Shown: in pieces, positions 51,110-62,776 of the stretch
Layout of the letters: each line of letters opens with the position of its first letter
How positions within the stretch are numbered: the stretch's first letter is position 1
DNA from: Lama glama
Taxonomy: Eukaryota
Reading direction: 5' to 3'
Assembly: GCA_028534125.1 (NCBI GenBank)
Contig: CM052817.1
Coordinates: 20,834,001 to 20,898,000, forward strand
DNA length: 64,000 bases
Made by a program: the position numbers and the translations under genes
Notes under the pieces: generated by a model
Told to the model about the DNA's origin: nothing
Database searches by the model: none
Seen by the model: only the letters and a program-made list of their open reading frames with translations

Positions 51110-52340
51110 TTAACCAAATTATGCTATCAATTCCTAATTTAATTGCTTAAGGAAAATAATCCAAATGTCATTGACAAAGCAATTGTTATCTTTGCAAAGT
51201 CAAATACTTACAGTTGGATGAAAGTACAGATGTTTTTAATATGTATCAATTTATGGTATTTGGTTCTGTTTCTATAAGGAAATATATAAGATGACACACT
51301 TTTTTGGTGTGTGTGTAAAATACCAAAGAAATTATGTACCAAAAATATTCTTGGCAATATTTTTTTTCTAATGAAAATTGTATAACTTTGTAAACATTAA
51401 GGAGGCAACATATTTGGGAACCAAAGAGAGAAAAAAACAGTGGTAAATTTACATACATACAGTACCGCATGTAAAATGTACTCATGCCATCATCCTTCAC
51501 TACATCATAAATCAACAGTCTACTGTAAAAAAAAAAACTTTAACAATAAATAGATCTTGGGATGATTTAAGTAATTTTAACCATAAATAGCCTTTGTAGC
51601 ATATAGAAGTTCACTGGGTAGTTCTTGGTGAAGTTCTTAAAAGAGTTGTCAAATATGAAGCTGAGATTTTCTTTTACAAAATACGGGTTGGAGATTTGCT
51701 GACCTCTACTCTAGTACCTATTACTAGATACTGCTTAGCAGATAGTTACAAAAAAGTACAATCTATTCCTTTGAAGTGAAGATAAGTTTTTAAATAAAGC
51801 TTCTCTTTGAAAGAGACAAATGTCATGGAGAGAATATTTTTGAAAACAAGTATTTGGAAATGTTTCTATCATTATATAATTTTCTTCCAGAAATGGCATC
51901 ATCTGTAAAATCTTCTTTTGCCCATGTAAAACTCTTAAAAAGAGATTCCTAGCTTGTTGAAAAATCTTTCAAATGTAGAGTATCATCGAGTTTTGAATGC
52001 ACTTGATAAAAATATTAAAATGCAACAGAATCCAATTACAGTTGACACTTGAACAATGCAGAAGTTTGGGCGCCAACCCTCTGTGCTGTAGAAAACCTGC
52101 ATATAACTTCAGTGTGCCCTCTGTATCTGTGGTTCTGCATCCATAGATTCAATCAACCTCAGACTGTGTAATATCATAGTATATACTTAGTAAAAAGACC
52201 TGTGCTCAAGTGGACCTGTGCAGTTCAAATCTATGTTGCTCAAGGGTCAACTGCAGTATGAAAAATAACAGATGGACATCAAGGAAGTTAAAAGGTTACT
52301 AGCTGAAATTTAATTAAAATTTTCACATAATTGAAATGTA
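51110..52340 (+). mobile_element. hAT Charlie/Buster-type transposase fossil (internally deleted, MITE-interrupted)
   Basis: LQLDESTD at 51208-51231; HIEVHWVVLGEVLKRVVK from 51600 (compare HTEVRWLSRGKVLKR); WREYFENKYLEMFLSL near 51826. Confidence 0.85.
52039..52253. mobile_element. MER8-like Tigger2-family MITE nested in the hAT fossil
   Basis: TIRs CAGTTGACACTTGAACAA ... TTGCTCAAGGGTCAACTG; left flank TA, right flank CA; homologous to 34252-34472. Confidence 0.9.
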
Positions 52341-52354
52341 GAATAAAGAAATTT

Positions 52355-53130
52355 GTGGCAAAAACAGTACAAATAGATAAACTGAATTACATCAAAATTA
52401 AGAAACATGAATCAAAGGACACATTCATCCAACAGAATGGGAGACTGTATTTGCAAACCGTATATCTGATAAGTGGTTAATATCCTGAACACATAAAGAA
52501 CTCCTACAGCTCAACAATAACAAAAACTGATTGAAAAATGGGCAAAAGGCTTGAATAGACATTTCTCTAAAGGAGTTAGACATTCAAAGGAGGAACAAGA
52601 GTCTGAAAAGAAGCTAGCATCTCTAATCATCAGGGAAATGAAAATTGAAACCTAGTGAGATGTCACCTTACAACGATCAGAATGGTTATTTATCATCAAA
52701 AAGAAAATAACAAGGATTAACAAGGATGTGGAGAACTAAGTACCCTTGAGCACTGTTGGTTGGAATGTAAAATGGTAGAACTGCTATGGAAATCAGTATG
52801 GCACTTTCTCAAAAAATTAAAAATAGAATTACCATATGACCCAGCAGTTCTACTTCTGGAAATAAACCCAAAAGAATTAAAAGCAGGGTCTCAAAGAGAC
52901 ATTTGTATCTCCATGGTCATAGCAGCAGTATTCACAATACTCAAAAGATTGGAAATGAACCAAGTGTCCATCAATGGTTGGATGAGTAAACAAAGTGTGG
53001 TATAATATATACATGCAATGGAATATTATTCAGCCTCAAAAAGGATGCAAACTGTGACACATGCTACAGCGTGGATGATTCTTGAGGATACATGCTAAGT
53101 GAAATAAACTGGTTGCAAAAAGAAAAATAT
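52355..53130 (+). mobile_element. Old L1 ORF2 C-terminal fragment
   Basis: ORF 52760..53005: [29 protein letters not shown]. Confidence 0.9.
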
Positions 53131-53144
53131 TTATCAGAGTCCTG

Positions 53145-54235
53145 ATCCCACTTTTTACTCAGTCCCTTGGTGATTTCATCTAGTCTTAGTACATTAAATT
53201 CAGCTTATACAAAGTTAATTCCCAAATGTGGATCTTCAGCCCAGAATATGCCCCTAAATTTCAGGCTTCTATAACCAATCGCTTGCTCAACATCTTCACT
53301 TACATACCTGATAGGCAGCTCAAACTTTCATTTCCAGGATCAAATACAAATTCTCTACAGTCTTAACTTTTCTCAAAAAAGTATCTTCATCATCTAATTG
53401 CTCAAATCCTTGGAGGCATTCTGTTTTGGACATTTCTCATTCTGTTTTGGACGTTTCTCTTTCTGTTTATCTCACCCCATTCAATCTGCTAGAAAAGCTT
53501 TCCGGTTCTACCATGGAAATATATCCAGAGTCTGTCCACTTCTCATTTTCCAGTGTGAAGATTAACACCCATAATGATCAAGTTATGTTCTAAGGTAGCT
53601 TTTGTCGGTGGCTTGGTATTTTGCACTTGGCTCAGAACTGATTTCCTGGTACTGCCTTCTATGTGCCCTCTCCAGTCAAGTCACCAACAGCCAGCTGGTT
53701 CTTTTAAAATGTTATCACATGCTGGTCACCTCTTTGGAATCCTCTGGTATGTCACTAGATCACACAGATTAAAAGCTTAAGTCCCTAGAATATGCTTCCA
53801 GCCCTTACCTGCTCACCTCTCCCCAAGAATCTGACATCATCTCCTGCAAATCCCTTACTTACTCCTTGTCAGCACACTGGCATCGTTGCTGTTTTTTTGT
53901 CTGGAATCTTCCCCCAGAGCTCCTTGGCTTGTTCTCCCACCTCCTCCAGATCTGTGCTCAAATGTCACTTTATAAATAGTGCCTTCCCTTACCAGTGTGC
54001 TTAAACTAGTAACCTCACATGCATCCCTTTCTCTCCCTCCCCCTATTCTTTTTCTCCTTAGAACTTATTGCTACTTGACTTTTATCTCTATTTTACCTTT
54101 TTCTCTGTCTCCATCTCAAAATATATAAGTTTTGTCACAGTAGACAATTTTTCTGTGTTCACTGCTATATCCTTGGTGCCCAACATAGTTCTTTATGCAT
54201 AGTAGTTTTCCAATAACTACTTGTCAAATAGATTG
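53145..54235 (+). mobile_element. L2 (L2a-like) 3' region
   Basis: 'cccttggtgatttcatctagtc', 'ctcaacatcttcact', 'gttcactgctatatccttggtgcc...tagtagttttccaataactacttg'. Confidence 0.85.
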
Positions 54236-55184
54236 GTAAAAGCATTGAAGTTGATGATATAAATGGTCTACTTCTTGATATACTAAAATACTTTATTCCT
54301 TTTTTTTCCTTTAGTAGTGTCTTGTCAAACAAGAAATTGTATATCATCACCTGCCTTGCTTAGTGTAGAAAAGTTGGATCAGTAGGAAGTGCTGAAGGCT
54401 TCTTTAATATGTAAAATTCTCTGTAACTGAAAAATTTTAATGCGAGCTAGGCTGATCATTGGAGAAGAAAATAGACAGCTAGGTATTATTTTTTGTTGTG
54501 AAGCATTATTTTCAAATGTAAAGACTGTCATCTTTTATAGTTGTAGTAACTTAATATTCACACATTTGAAGTTACGATGTTCAAAAATGTGTGTGTATTT
54601 TAATTTCAAGCTGCCTTTATTTCATTCTATACATAACATGCAGGCTGTTTCCAGGCAGATGATGTCAGAAGGCTAGAGATGTTGAAAAAGAAACAGAAAA
54701 TATAAAATCTCTTTTGCAGACACTTTTGCTATTAGCTGAAGTTATTAGATATCCATAGCCATTGCTATGACCAAGGTATATGGTGTATTAAAAAAAAAAT
54801 TCCTGGTCCTGAGTTACCATAGCAGTAACTGAATTTTCACAAACCAAGATATCTGACTTCCATGAACAGAAGTATGAATAGCAGATGGTTGTGAGGGAGC
54901 AAATTTTGGATGAATAGTAAGAGAAAACTTTCATATGATTTTCTAATTGAGGTTTTTGTCTGGATTGAATTGCAAAGTCATACCGTGATTTTATATAACT
55001 GGCTTTATTAGCATATACACAGATGACACTTACAAAGATTTTATATATATAGTGATAAGAATAAGTACTTCTAAAACACACTTACATCTGAGTAGTGAGA
55101 CTTTGTAACCATGAAGTCATTGGATTTCAAATTTCCTGAATGTTAGGGTCTTTATGCTAAAAATTACTGAAAGAATCCCCTCAC

Positions 55185-55415
55185 TTTTGAATCCAGGCAA
55201 CACAGTGTCAAATCCTGAGTTTCTGCCTCTACCTAAAATGGCTTACTTTGGCCATGTTACTTAACCCTCTGAGTTTTGGTTTTGTCATCTAAAAACGGGG
55301 ACAATAATATCTATGCCAGTGAGTTGTTAAGGTATTTAAATAAAACAGTATGTCTAAAGTTCTTAGCACACTGACAAGCATAGGCTAGGTACACAATAAA
55401 ATCTAGCTATTTTTC
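55185..55415 (+). mobile_element. MIR SINE (near full length)
   Basis: 'tcaaatcctg...ttacttaaccctctgag...catctaaaaacggggacaataa...cttagcacactgac...aataaaatctagctat'. Confidence 0.85.
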
Positions 55416-57324
55416 ATCATAAATTAGGCAACAAATGTACAGGAAATAGAAGTCTCAATTATGTAGATATATTCTCTTCACTTTTTAATGACTTTTAAAA
55501 TTCTGTTTATTCAACAAAAATGCATTAAAAGCACTGGCGAATATGATTTAGATATTTAATATCATTTTATTTTCTACATTTGCCTACATCTCCATCTATC
55601 ACATGATCATTCTTTGTCCACAGCTTTGCTCTTCCTCGTGCCTGTCCCTTGCCTTCTGAATTCCTAGCTACCCAGATCCTCTGACTGTGTTCGAAGGTGT
55701 GGGTTGGGTCTCAGTTTGTCCAATTATCCTTTTCTGATGGTTCAGCTTCTCTTTTTTCCCTGCTCTTAGATATTCTCAGTCCTAAAAATGTCATCACTTT
55801 TTTTTTTTTTAGTTATAGTGGAAAATGTACTAGATTTACAGTTGGAATATGTGGATTCAATCTTAGCACTTATTTATATAACACTATCCAGATGAGGGTG
55901 AATTTTTTACAGTGGTAATATTACCTCTCTAAATGTCTTTATGAGTATCTGTCAATTGAAAAGCACTAGTAAAAACAAAAATTATATTATTAATACAACT
56001 ATTATTGTTTCTTACAAACTTGACAGTGCTAACATGTCAGGTTTCTGAACTCTTGTCACATTTTTATCATTACACAATTAAATATTTTAGCTTTATCAAA
56101 ATATGAAGTATATAAATAAAGAAGAAAATATTTTTTCTGATTTTCTTATGCGGAGAAAACTATTATTGATATTTTGCTGCATATTATCTTTCTATATATA
56201 CACATATACATCAATGCACATATATACTTCTAAAAATCAAAAATAATAATACATCTAGTGAACTGCATTTTAAATTATGTTCAACACAGGTTAAGAGACC
56301 AAGTTGGAGACTAAGAATAAATTAATAGACATTCATTGCCGATGAGTGGCTGTGTGGTAAAGTGCCCACAAACAGCGCAGTGCTGTTCAGGGCTCGGATG
56401 CACCATCTCCATATGTTCATGAAAGCTCGTTATTAATGAGTCTTGAAATGGCATCAAGGTAAATGAAGTTTTCAGGTTGACTTCATGAGATGAGTCAGGG
56501 TGTGCACATGCAAGCAGCATTTCACAAATCACATGTTAAAAGTCATAGAACTTTATAGCATAAGTTTTCTTTAGAAGACACAAAGTTGACAATCACAGAG
56601 TTGAAAATGAACCCATTGGTTCAAAATTTCAAAAGAGATTCTTTAGTCTTTGTTATCTCTGAGGTAAACAGAACAGAGTGGTATTTGTAATCTCCTGATG
56701 ATGGAGAAAGGCTGCATCTAATTGGGGATAAACCAACGTAGAACCATTCAGATGATTAACTCTTACAAATATACATAGCTCATCTTCGGAAACATACGTC
56801 TGTAACCTAGTGGGCACTCAAAAAACTGCCATAATATGATAATAAAGCTTTAAATTTCTCTGCTTATATTCAATAAGGCTCTCTTTAGAATTCAAGATAA
56901 TATTAAATATTAATTGTATTCTGGTGCAGGAATCCCTACTAGTGTCTTAATTCCTTTCTAAAAGGATATTTATTAAAGTGTAAATTCAGGTTATTGTTAT
57001 AGTAGAGAAAAGACAATTTGGAATCTAGAGAAACTATAGCTGGGACACAGGCCACTGGATACTGACTATAGGAGCGGAAGGGAAGATACAGTCTGCCATG
57101 AGATAATCTTGGCAATATTTCAGCTTCCTTATTTTAAAGAGTAAGAAAATAAATAAGGGATTTAGATCTTAGACACCTATGTAAGGATAGGAAATGACTG
57201 TTTGTAAGGGACATAAGTGTTCAAATATATATATACATATATATTCTTACATTTGTTTTACTATGTCTTTTTGAAATCAGTGTTTATCTGATTCTTACAC
57301 GCAGTTTAGTTTCAGATGAAAATG

Positions 57325-57780
57325 CACTTTTGTAGATTCCACATAGAAAAGAAACTGCATAATCTCACTTATTTTTGTGTCTGGCTTATTTCATTTAGAC
57401 TAATGTCCACCAGGCTCATTCATGTTGCTGAAAATGGCAAAATCTCCTTGAAGACAAAGAAGCAGACAGTAGAACTGGGGTGGGTGCATCAGGTAGGTGG
57501 GAAAATATTGGTTAAAGGGTATAAAGTTGAAGTTTTATAAGATGAACAAGACTAGAGATCTAACATGCAGCATGATGACTGTAGTTAATACTGAATGGAG
57601 TACTAAACGTGCTGAGTGTAGATATCTTGTAATTTCATCACACACACAGAATGGTAACCATGTGAGGATCTGATACGTTAACTGGCTTGACTAGTAATCA
57701 TTTCACTAGGAATATGTATAATAAATCATGTTGTATATCTTAAAAATATCCAATTTTATTAGAAATAGAAGAAAAAAGTA
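57325..57780 (+). mobile_element. L1MA-type 3' end with a 5' inversion
   Basis: 57325-57449 is minus strand ('tagattccacata...gtctggcttatttcattt...aatggcaaaatctcctt'); 57450-57780 is plus-strand 3'UTR ending in an A-rich tail. Confidence 0.82.
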
Positions 57781-58311
57781 CAAACATATTTTTAAGTAAT
57801 TTAGTGCATGAAAAAAAGAATGAGTAATCATTTTTACAGTTGATCTTTAAATCTTAACAACAGCAAGGACATCTCTCTGACTCCTGGATATTATTTTAAA
57901 GCATATGAAATTAGACAAGAGGGAAAGAGAACTGACTGATATTTGCAATATACACATAATTACTATGAAACTGCAGAGTAAGCACAAGACCATTCTCAAC
58001 ATTGCTAATTTCTTTCCCTATTAAACTTTTCCTGGACTAGAAACTGAATGATTATAGCCCTCACCAAGTTTCTTTTTATTTTCTTAAGTAATTCTACTTT
58101 AAATGTGTTCTCAAAGATGAGAAAACTACATTATATTGAAAAGTGAATTAGATGTGAAGTAATGACAGTGGGTTTTGTTTTTGTTTTTTAATCTTAGTTC
58201 TACTACCTGATAGAAAAAGTCAAAATGATACAAAATTATGACATACTAATCCTCCTTAGTACCATTTTAAAACTCGTTTAATATGTATATTTCCAAGAAT
58301 GCAGGATTTTT

Positions 58312-59092
58312 AATAAACTTTTTTAGAGCAACTTAAGGTTTACAACAAAATTGAGAAGGTACACACACACCTCCCATATACTCCCTGTGCTCACACGTGC
58401 ATCGCCTCCTCCGTCATCCGCATTATTCACCAGAATGGTATTTTCTTTTCTCAGCCAAGGATAAATTGACATTGACAAATCGTAATCATCCAAAGTCCAT
58501 AGTTTACAGTTCACTCTTGGAGTTGTACATTCTATGGATGAGACAAAAGTGTAATGACATATAGCCATTATCATAAAATCAAACAGTATTTTTCTACCCT
58601 AAAAACCCTCTGTGGTCCATCTATTCATCTCTTCCCCTTGCCTGCCCCTCTCCGCCCTCACCCAGCCGCTGATCTTTTTATTATTTTCCTAGTTTTATCT
58701 TTTCTAGAATGTCACATGGTTTCAATCGCACAGTAAGAAGTCGTCTCAGCTTGGCTTCTTTCAATTAGTAACATTCATTGAAGTTTCTTCCATGTCTTTT
58801 TATGTCTTGAGAGTTCAAGACACGGAATAATATCCTATTGTGTGGATTTTCCACATTTGATTTATATATTCATCTACTGAAGGACATCTTAATTGTTTCC
58901 AAGTTTTGACAATTATGAATAAAGCTGCTGTCAACATGTGCGTGTAGGTGTTTGTGTGGATGTAAGTTTTCAACTTCTTGTGAGAAATAGCCAGAGGCAG
59001 GACTGCTGGATCATATAGTAAGAGAATGTTTTGTTGTGTAAGAAACTGCCAAACTGTCTTCCAAAGTTGTAGTACCATTTTGCATTCCCACC
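58312..59092 (-). mobile_element. L1MC1/2-type 3' end plus ORF2 C-terminus
   Basis: ORF 58815..59120 (WECKMVLQLWKTVWQFL...YDPA) and an L1MC-type 3'UTR. Confidence 0.9.
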
Positions 59093-60014
59093 TGTGTGTA
59101 CAGAAATTACAGTTAAGCATATTTAATGATAGGAATGTGTACCTAATTGATTTTATTTACTAGTTCACGTAATATCTATTCAAGAGAAATAGCTTTTTAA
59201 GTTAAGTATATTTATGCTATTTGATAAACATTTTTCTCCAGATTCAAGTATGTTTTCTCAACTGCATTGACTTAGATAAGTGGAAGAAATCAGCTTCCTA
59301 TAACCATAATACTTTTCAAAGACCTCTCCTATTTTTAAATGTTTATACTTTTCTGCTTCCTTTAGGGTGATGCCAGATTTTTTTTTAAGTAGCAGCGAAT
59401 ATTATTTTTAGAATGTACATAGAGAAGATTGTATTGATGCTACACAGCCTGCTTCTTGATAAGAACTTGTCATTTGTATAGATGTTAAATTTTCATAATG
59501 CAATACGTATACAGAAGTACGTAAAATAATTTTGTACTCTGAATTTCAATTTTATATAAAACCGGAGACTAATGTATATTCTGATTTATTGTACATCATA
59601 TAAAGATGAATGTGGGTATGTACTGAGAGACTTGATTGGAAGAGTCCCAGTTCAACCGCTAGTCATTTATTTTTACCTTGAATAATCATTTATAACCTCT
59701 GTTTTTTTCCCCATGTTGTAGAGGAAGAGCAGTCTTTCTGCTTTAACTAATCTAAGGAAATCAATTAGGTTCAAATACAAAAATACATTATCTGATACTC
59801 ATCTGTACTTACAGTAGATGTATACTGTAGCACCACAGCACTCTAGTGATGTAGGGTTTCTGTAGCACTATATAGGTGTAAGATTTACAATTTACTATCT
59901 TTGTAAAATGTTATTGCCTTTTATAATATGGTTATTAATTTTGTGAAGTAGTATTAAGCACTTTTTAATATTTACCTTTAATTTATTAAGAAAATAGTAG
60001 ATCTAATACTTACA

Positions 60015-60220
60015 AGTAATAACAACTACTATTTATAGAGTATTTAATAAGTATTAAGCCCTGTGCTAAATGTTTCATGTATCAGTATGTCACTGAAACA
60101 TCAAATAACTCTATGTGCTAGACATTTCATTTTACAGAAGAAACTGAGTTTCAAGGTTAAAATGACAGCTGCTTTATGTCAGAGACAGAATATAATTGAC
60201 ACCTAAATCTGTCTGGCACA
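60015..60220 (-). mobile_element. MIR SINE
   Basis: 'actatttatagagtattt...gccctgtgctaaatgtttcatg...cattttacagaagaaactgag'. Confidence 0.8.
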
Positions 60221-61234
60221 TCTTGATTTAAAAAAAAAAAATCAGTGAAAGCCACCGGAAAGTGGTTAATAATTGAGTTTCTAGAGTGGAACACAACTGG
60301 ATTTGAGTCTTTCTCTACTATACAAGGTATGTGACCTTGGGTGAGTTTACACACACGCACATGTAAGTGTTCAAAGATGGTAGGTATTTTCATCATCCTT
60401 CCAAAGATTGATTCATTTATCTTATCAATTTTATTTCCTCATGTATTTAATAGAACTGTTTCTAAATTTTATGGATAAATTTAGGTAAGAAGAAATTCTG
60501 ACATTTTGGATTCATTTCATTCCTGCTTCTCCTGCTGCCAGTGGAAAATAGAGAAGTCCATCCAAGTCTTCTGAAATATAATCTATCCAGTCTGGTTCTG
60601 TTGAGAATCTACCATTAAGTGCAAATATATGTATGTAATTTCTGTTGGTTGTGGATATTCCTCACCTCCTAAACTGCACTAAGAAAAGCCCCGTGACTGA
60701 TGAATTGCCTAGCATTCTGTTTAGGGCTCATTTATACCTTAATAGTATAAGAAGAGAATATTTTTTGTGATCTTTTCTAAGTCCAAAAGAGACCATCAAC
60801 AATGAAAAGTCCACATTTGAGAAAAGAGACTTTACATTATATTTTTTTATGACACTTAAACTCTAAGTGAGCATCTTTAAAATAGGCATTTAAAACAATT
60901 CCTGAGTTGATTGTAATGGAGACAGTAGATCTGGAATGGATGATAGTAGGAGCTTAAGAAACAAAGACCAAAATATACAAGATGTATAGAATTAAAGATG
61001 TAGTCTATTTGGGAAATAGTAGGTTTTTTTAGTTTAAAATTGATGTATTTTAACATAAAGTTGGGATTAAATTACAAAAAGTCTGGAACTCCAAAGAATG
61101 TAAAATTTTCCATTAGCAACTGAATAAAAACAAACACACCTTCTCGGTTGCTAATTTGTAATGATATGATAATGAAGTACACAAGGATGAAATTGGCAGG
61201 AAATAGAGAGTAGGGGTAGGCAATGAGTATTACT

Positions 61235-61514
61235 AGGTAATCATCAGGGAAATGTGAATCAAAACTACAATGAGACATCCCCTCATACCTGTCAGAATGG
61301 TGATTATCAAAAACACACACAAAAAAAAGTGTCAGTGAACCCTTGTGCGTTGTTGGTGGGGATGTAAACTGGTACAGCCACTATGGAAAACAGGATGAAA
61401 ATTCCTCAAAAAAACCCAAAAAACAAAAACAGAACTAGAACTGCCACCAAATCGAGCAATTCCCCTTCAAGGTATTTATCCAAAGAAAACGAAACTAATT
61501 AGAGGAGATATCTG
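61235..61514 (+). mobile_element. Older L1 ORF2 C-terminal fragment
   Basis: 'taatcatcagggaaatgtgaatcaaaactacaatgagacat...cagccactatggaaaacag'. Confidence 0.85.
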
Positions 61515-62271
61515 AAATGCTGGAGAGGGTGTGGAGAAAAGGGAACCCTCCTACACTGTTGGTGGGAATGCAGTTTGGTGCAGCTATTATGGAAAACAGC
61601 ATGGAAGTTCCTCAAAAAACTAAAAATAGGCTTATCATATGATCCAGCAATCCCACTTCTGGGCATATATCTGGAGGGAACTCTAATTCAAAAAGATAAG
61701 TGCACCTCAATGTTTATAGCAGCACTATATACAATAGCCAAGACATGGAAACAACCTAAACGTCCACTCACAGATGACTAGAAAAAGAAGTTGTGGTATA
61801 TTTATATAATGGAATACTACTCAGCCATAAAAAAGAATGATGCCATTTGCAGCAACATGGGTGGACCTAGAGATCATCATTCTAAATGAAGTAAGACAGA
61901 AAAAGAAAAGTACCACATGATATCACTCATATGTGAAATCTAAAAGAAGAAAAAAAGACGCTAATGAACTCATCTACAAAACAGAAACAGACTTGCAGAC
62001 ATAGTAAACAATCTTATGGTTACTGAGAGAAGGGGGTGGGAAGGGATAAATTTGGGAGTTTGAGATTTGCAAATGTTAGCCACTATATATAAAAATAAAT
62101 AAAAATAATTCTTCTCTACAGCACAGGGAACTATATTCAATATCTTATAAGAGCCTTTAATGAAAAAGAATATGAAAATGAATATATGTATGCATGTGCA
62201 TGACTGGGACATTGTGCTGTACACCAGAAATTGACACATTGTAACTGACTATACTTCAATTTAAAAAAAAA
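61515..62271 (+). mobile_element. Young 5'-truncated lineage-specific L1 (camelid-like 3'UTR) with poly-A
   Basis: ORF 61575..61781 is ORF2 C-terminus; 3'UTR ends 'tgtgctgtacaccagaaattgacacattgtaactgactatacttcaatttaaaaaaaaa'. Confidence 0.92.
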
Positions 62272-62276
62272 GGTTA

Positions 62277-62776
62277 NNNNNNNNNNNNNNNNNNNNNNNN
62301 NNNNNNNNNNNNNNNNNNNNNNNNNNNNNNNNNNNNNNNNNNNNNNNNNNNNNNNNNNNNNNNNNNNNNNNNNNNNNNNNNNNNNNNNNNNNNNNNNNNN
62401 NNNNNNNNNNNNNNNNNNNNNNNNNNNNNNNNNNNNNNNNNNNNNNNNNNNNNNNNNNNNNNNNNNNNNNNNNNNNNNNNNNNNNNNNNNNNNNNNNNNN
62501 NNNNNNNNNNNNNNNNNNNNNNNNNNNNNNNNNNNNNNNNNNNNNNNNNNNNNNNNNNNNNNNNNNNNNNNNNNNNNNNNNNNNNNNNNNNNNNNNNNNN
62601 NNNNNNNNNNNNNNNNNNNNNNNNNNNNNNNNNNNNNNNNNNNNNNNNNNNNNNNNNNNNNNNNNNNNNNNNNNNNNNNNNNNNNNNNNNNNNNNNNNNN
62701 NNNNNNNNNNNNNNNNNNNNNNNNNNNNNNNNNNNNNNNNNNNNNNNNNNNNNNNNNNNNNNNNNNNNNNNNNNNN
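62277..62776. other. Assembly gap (500 N)
   Basis: Run of N. Confidence 1.

Noticed and set aside
59810..59829. Small inverted repeat tacagta-n6-tactgta
   Set aside because: A 7-bp stem is expected by chance in 64 kb.
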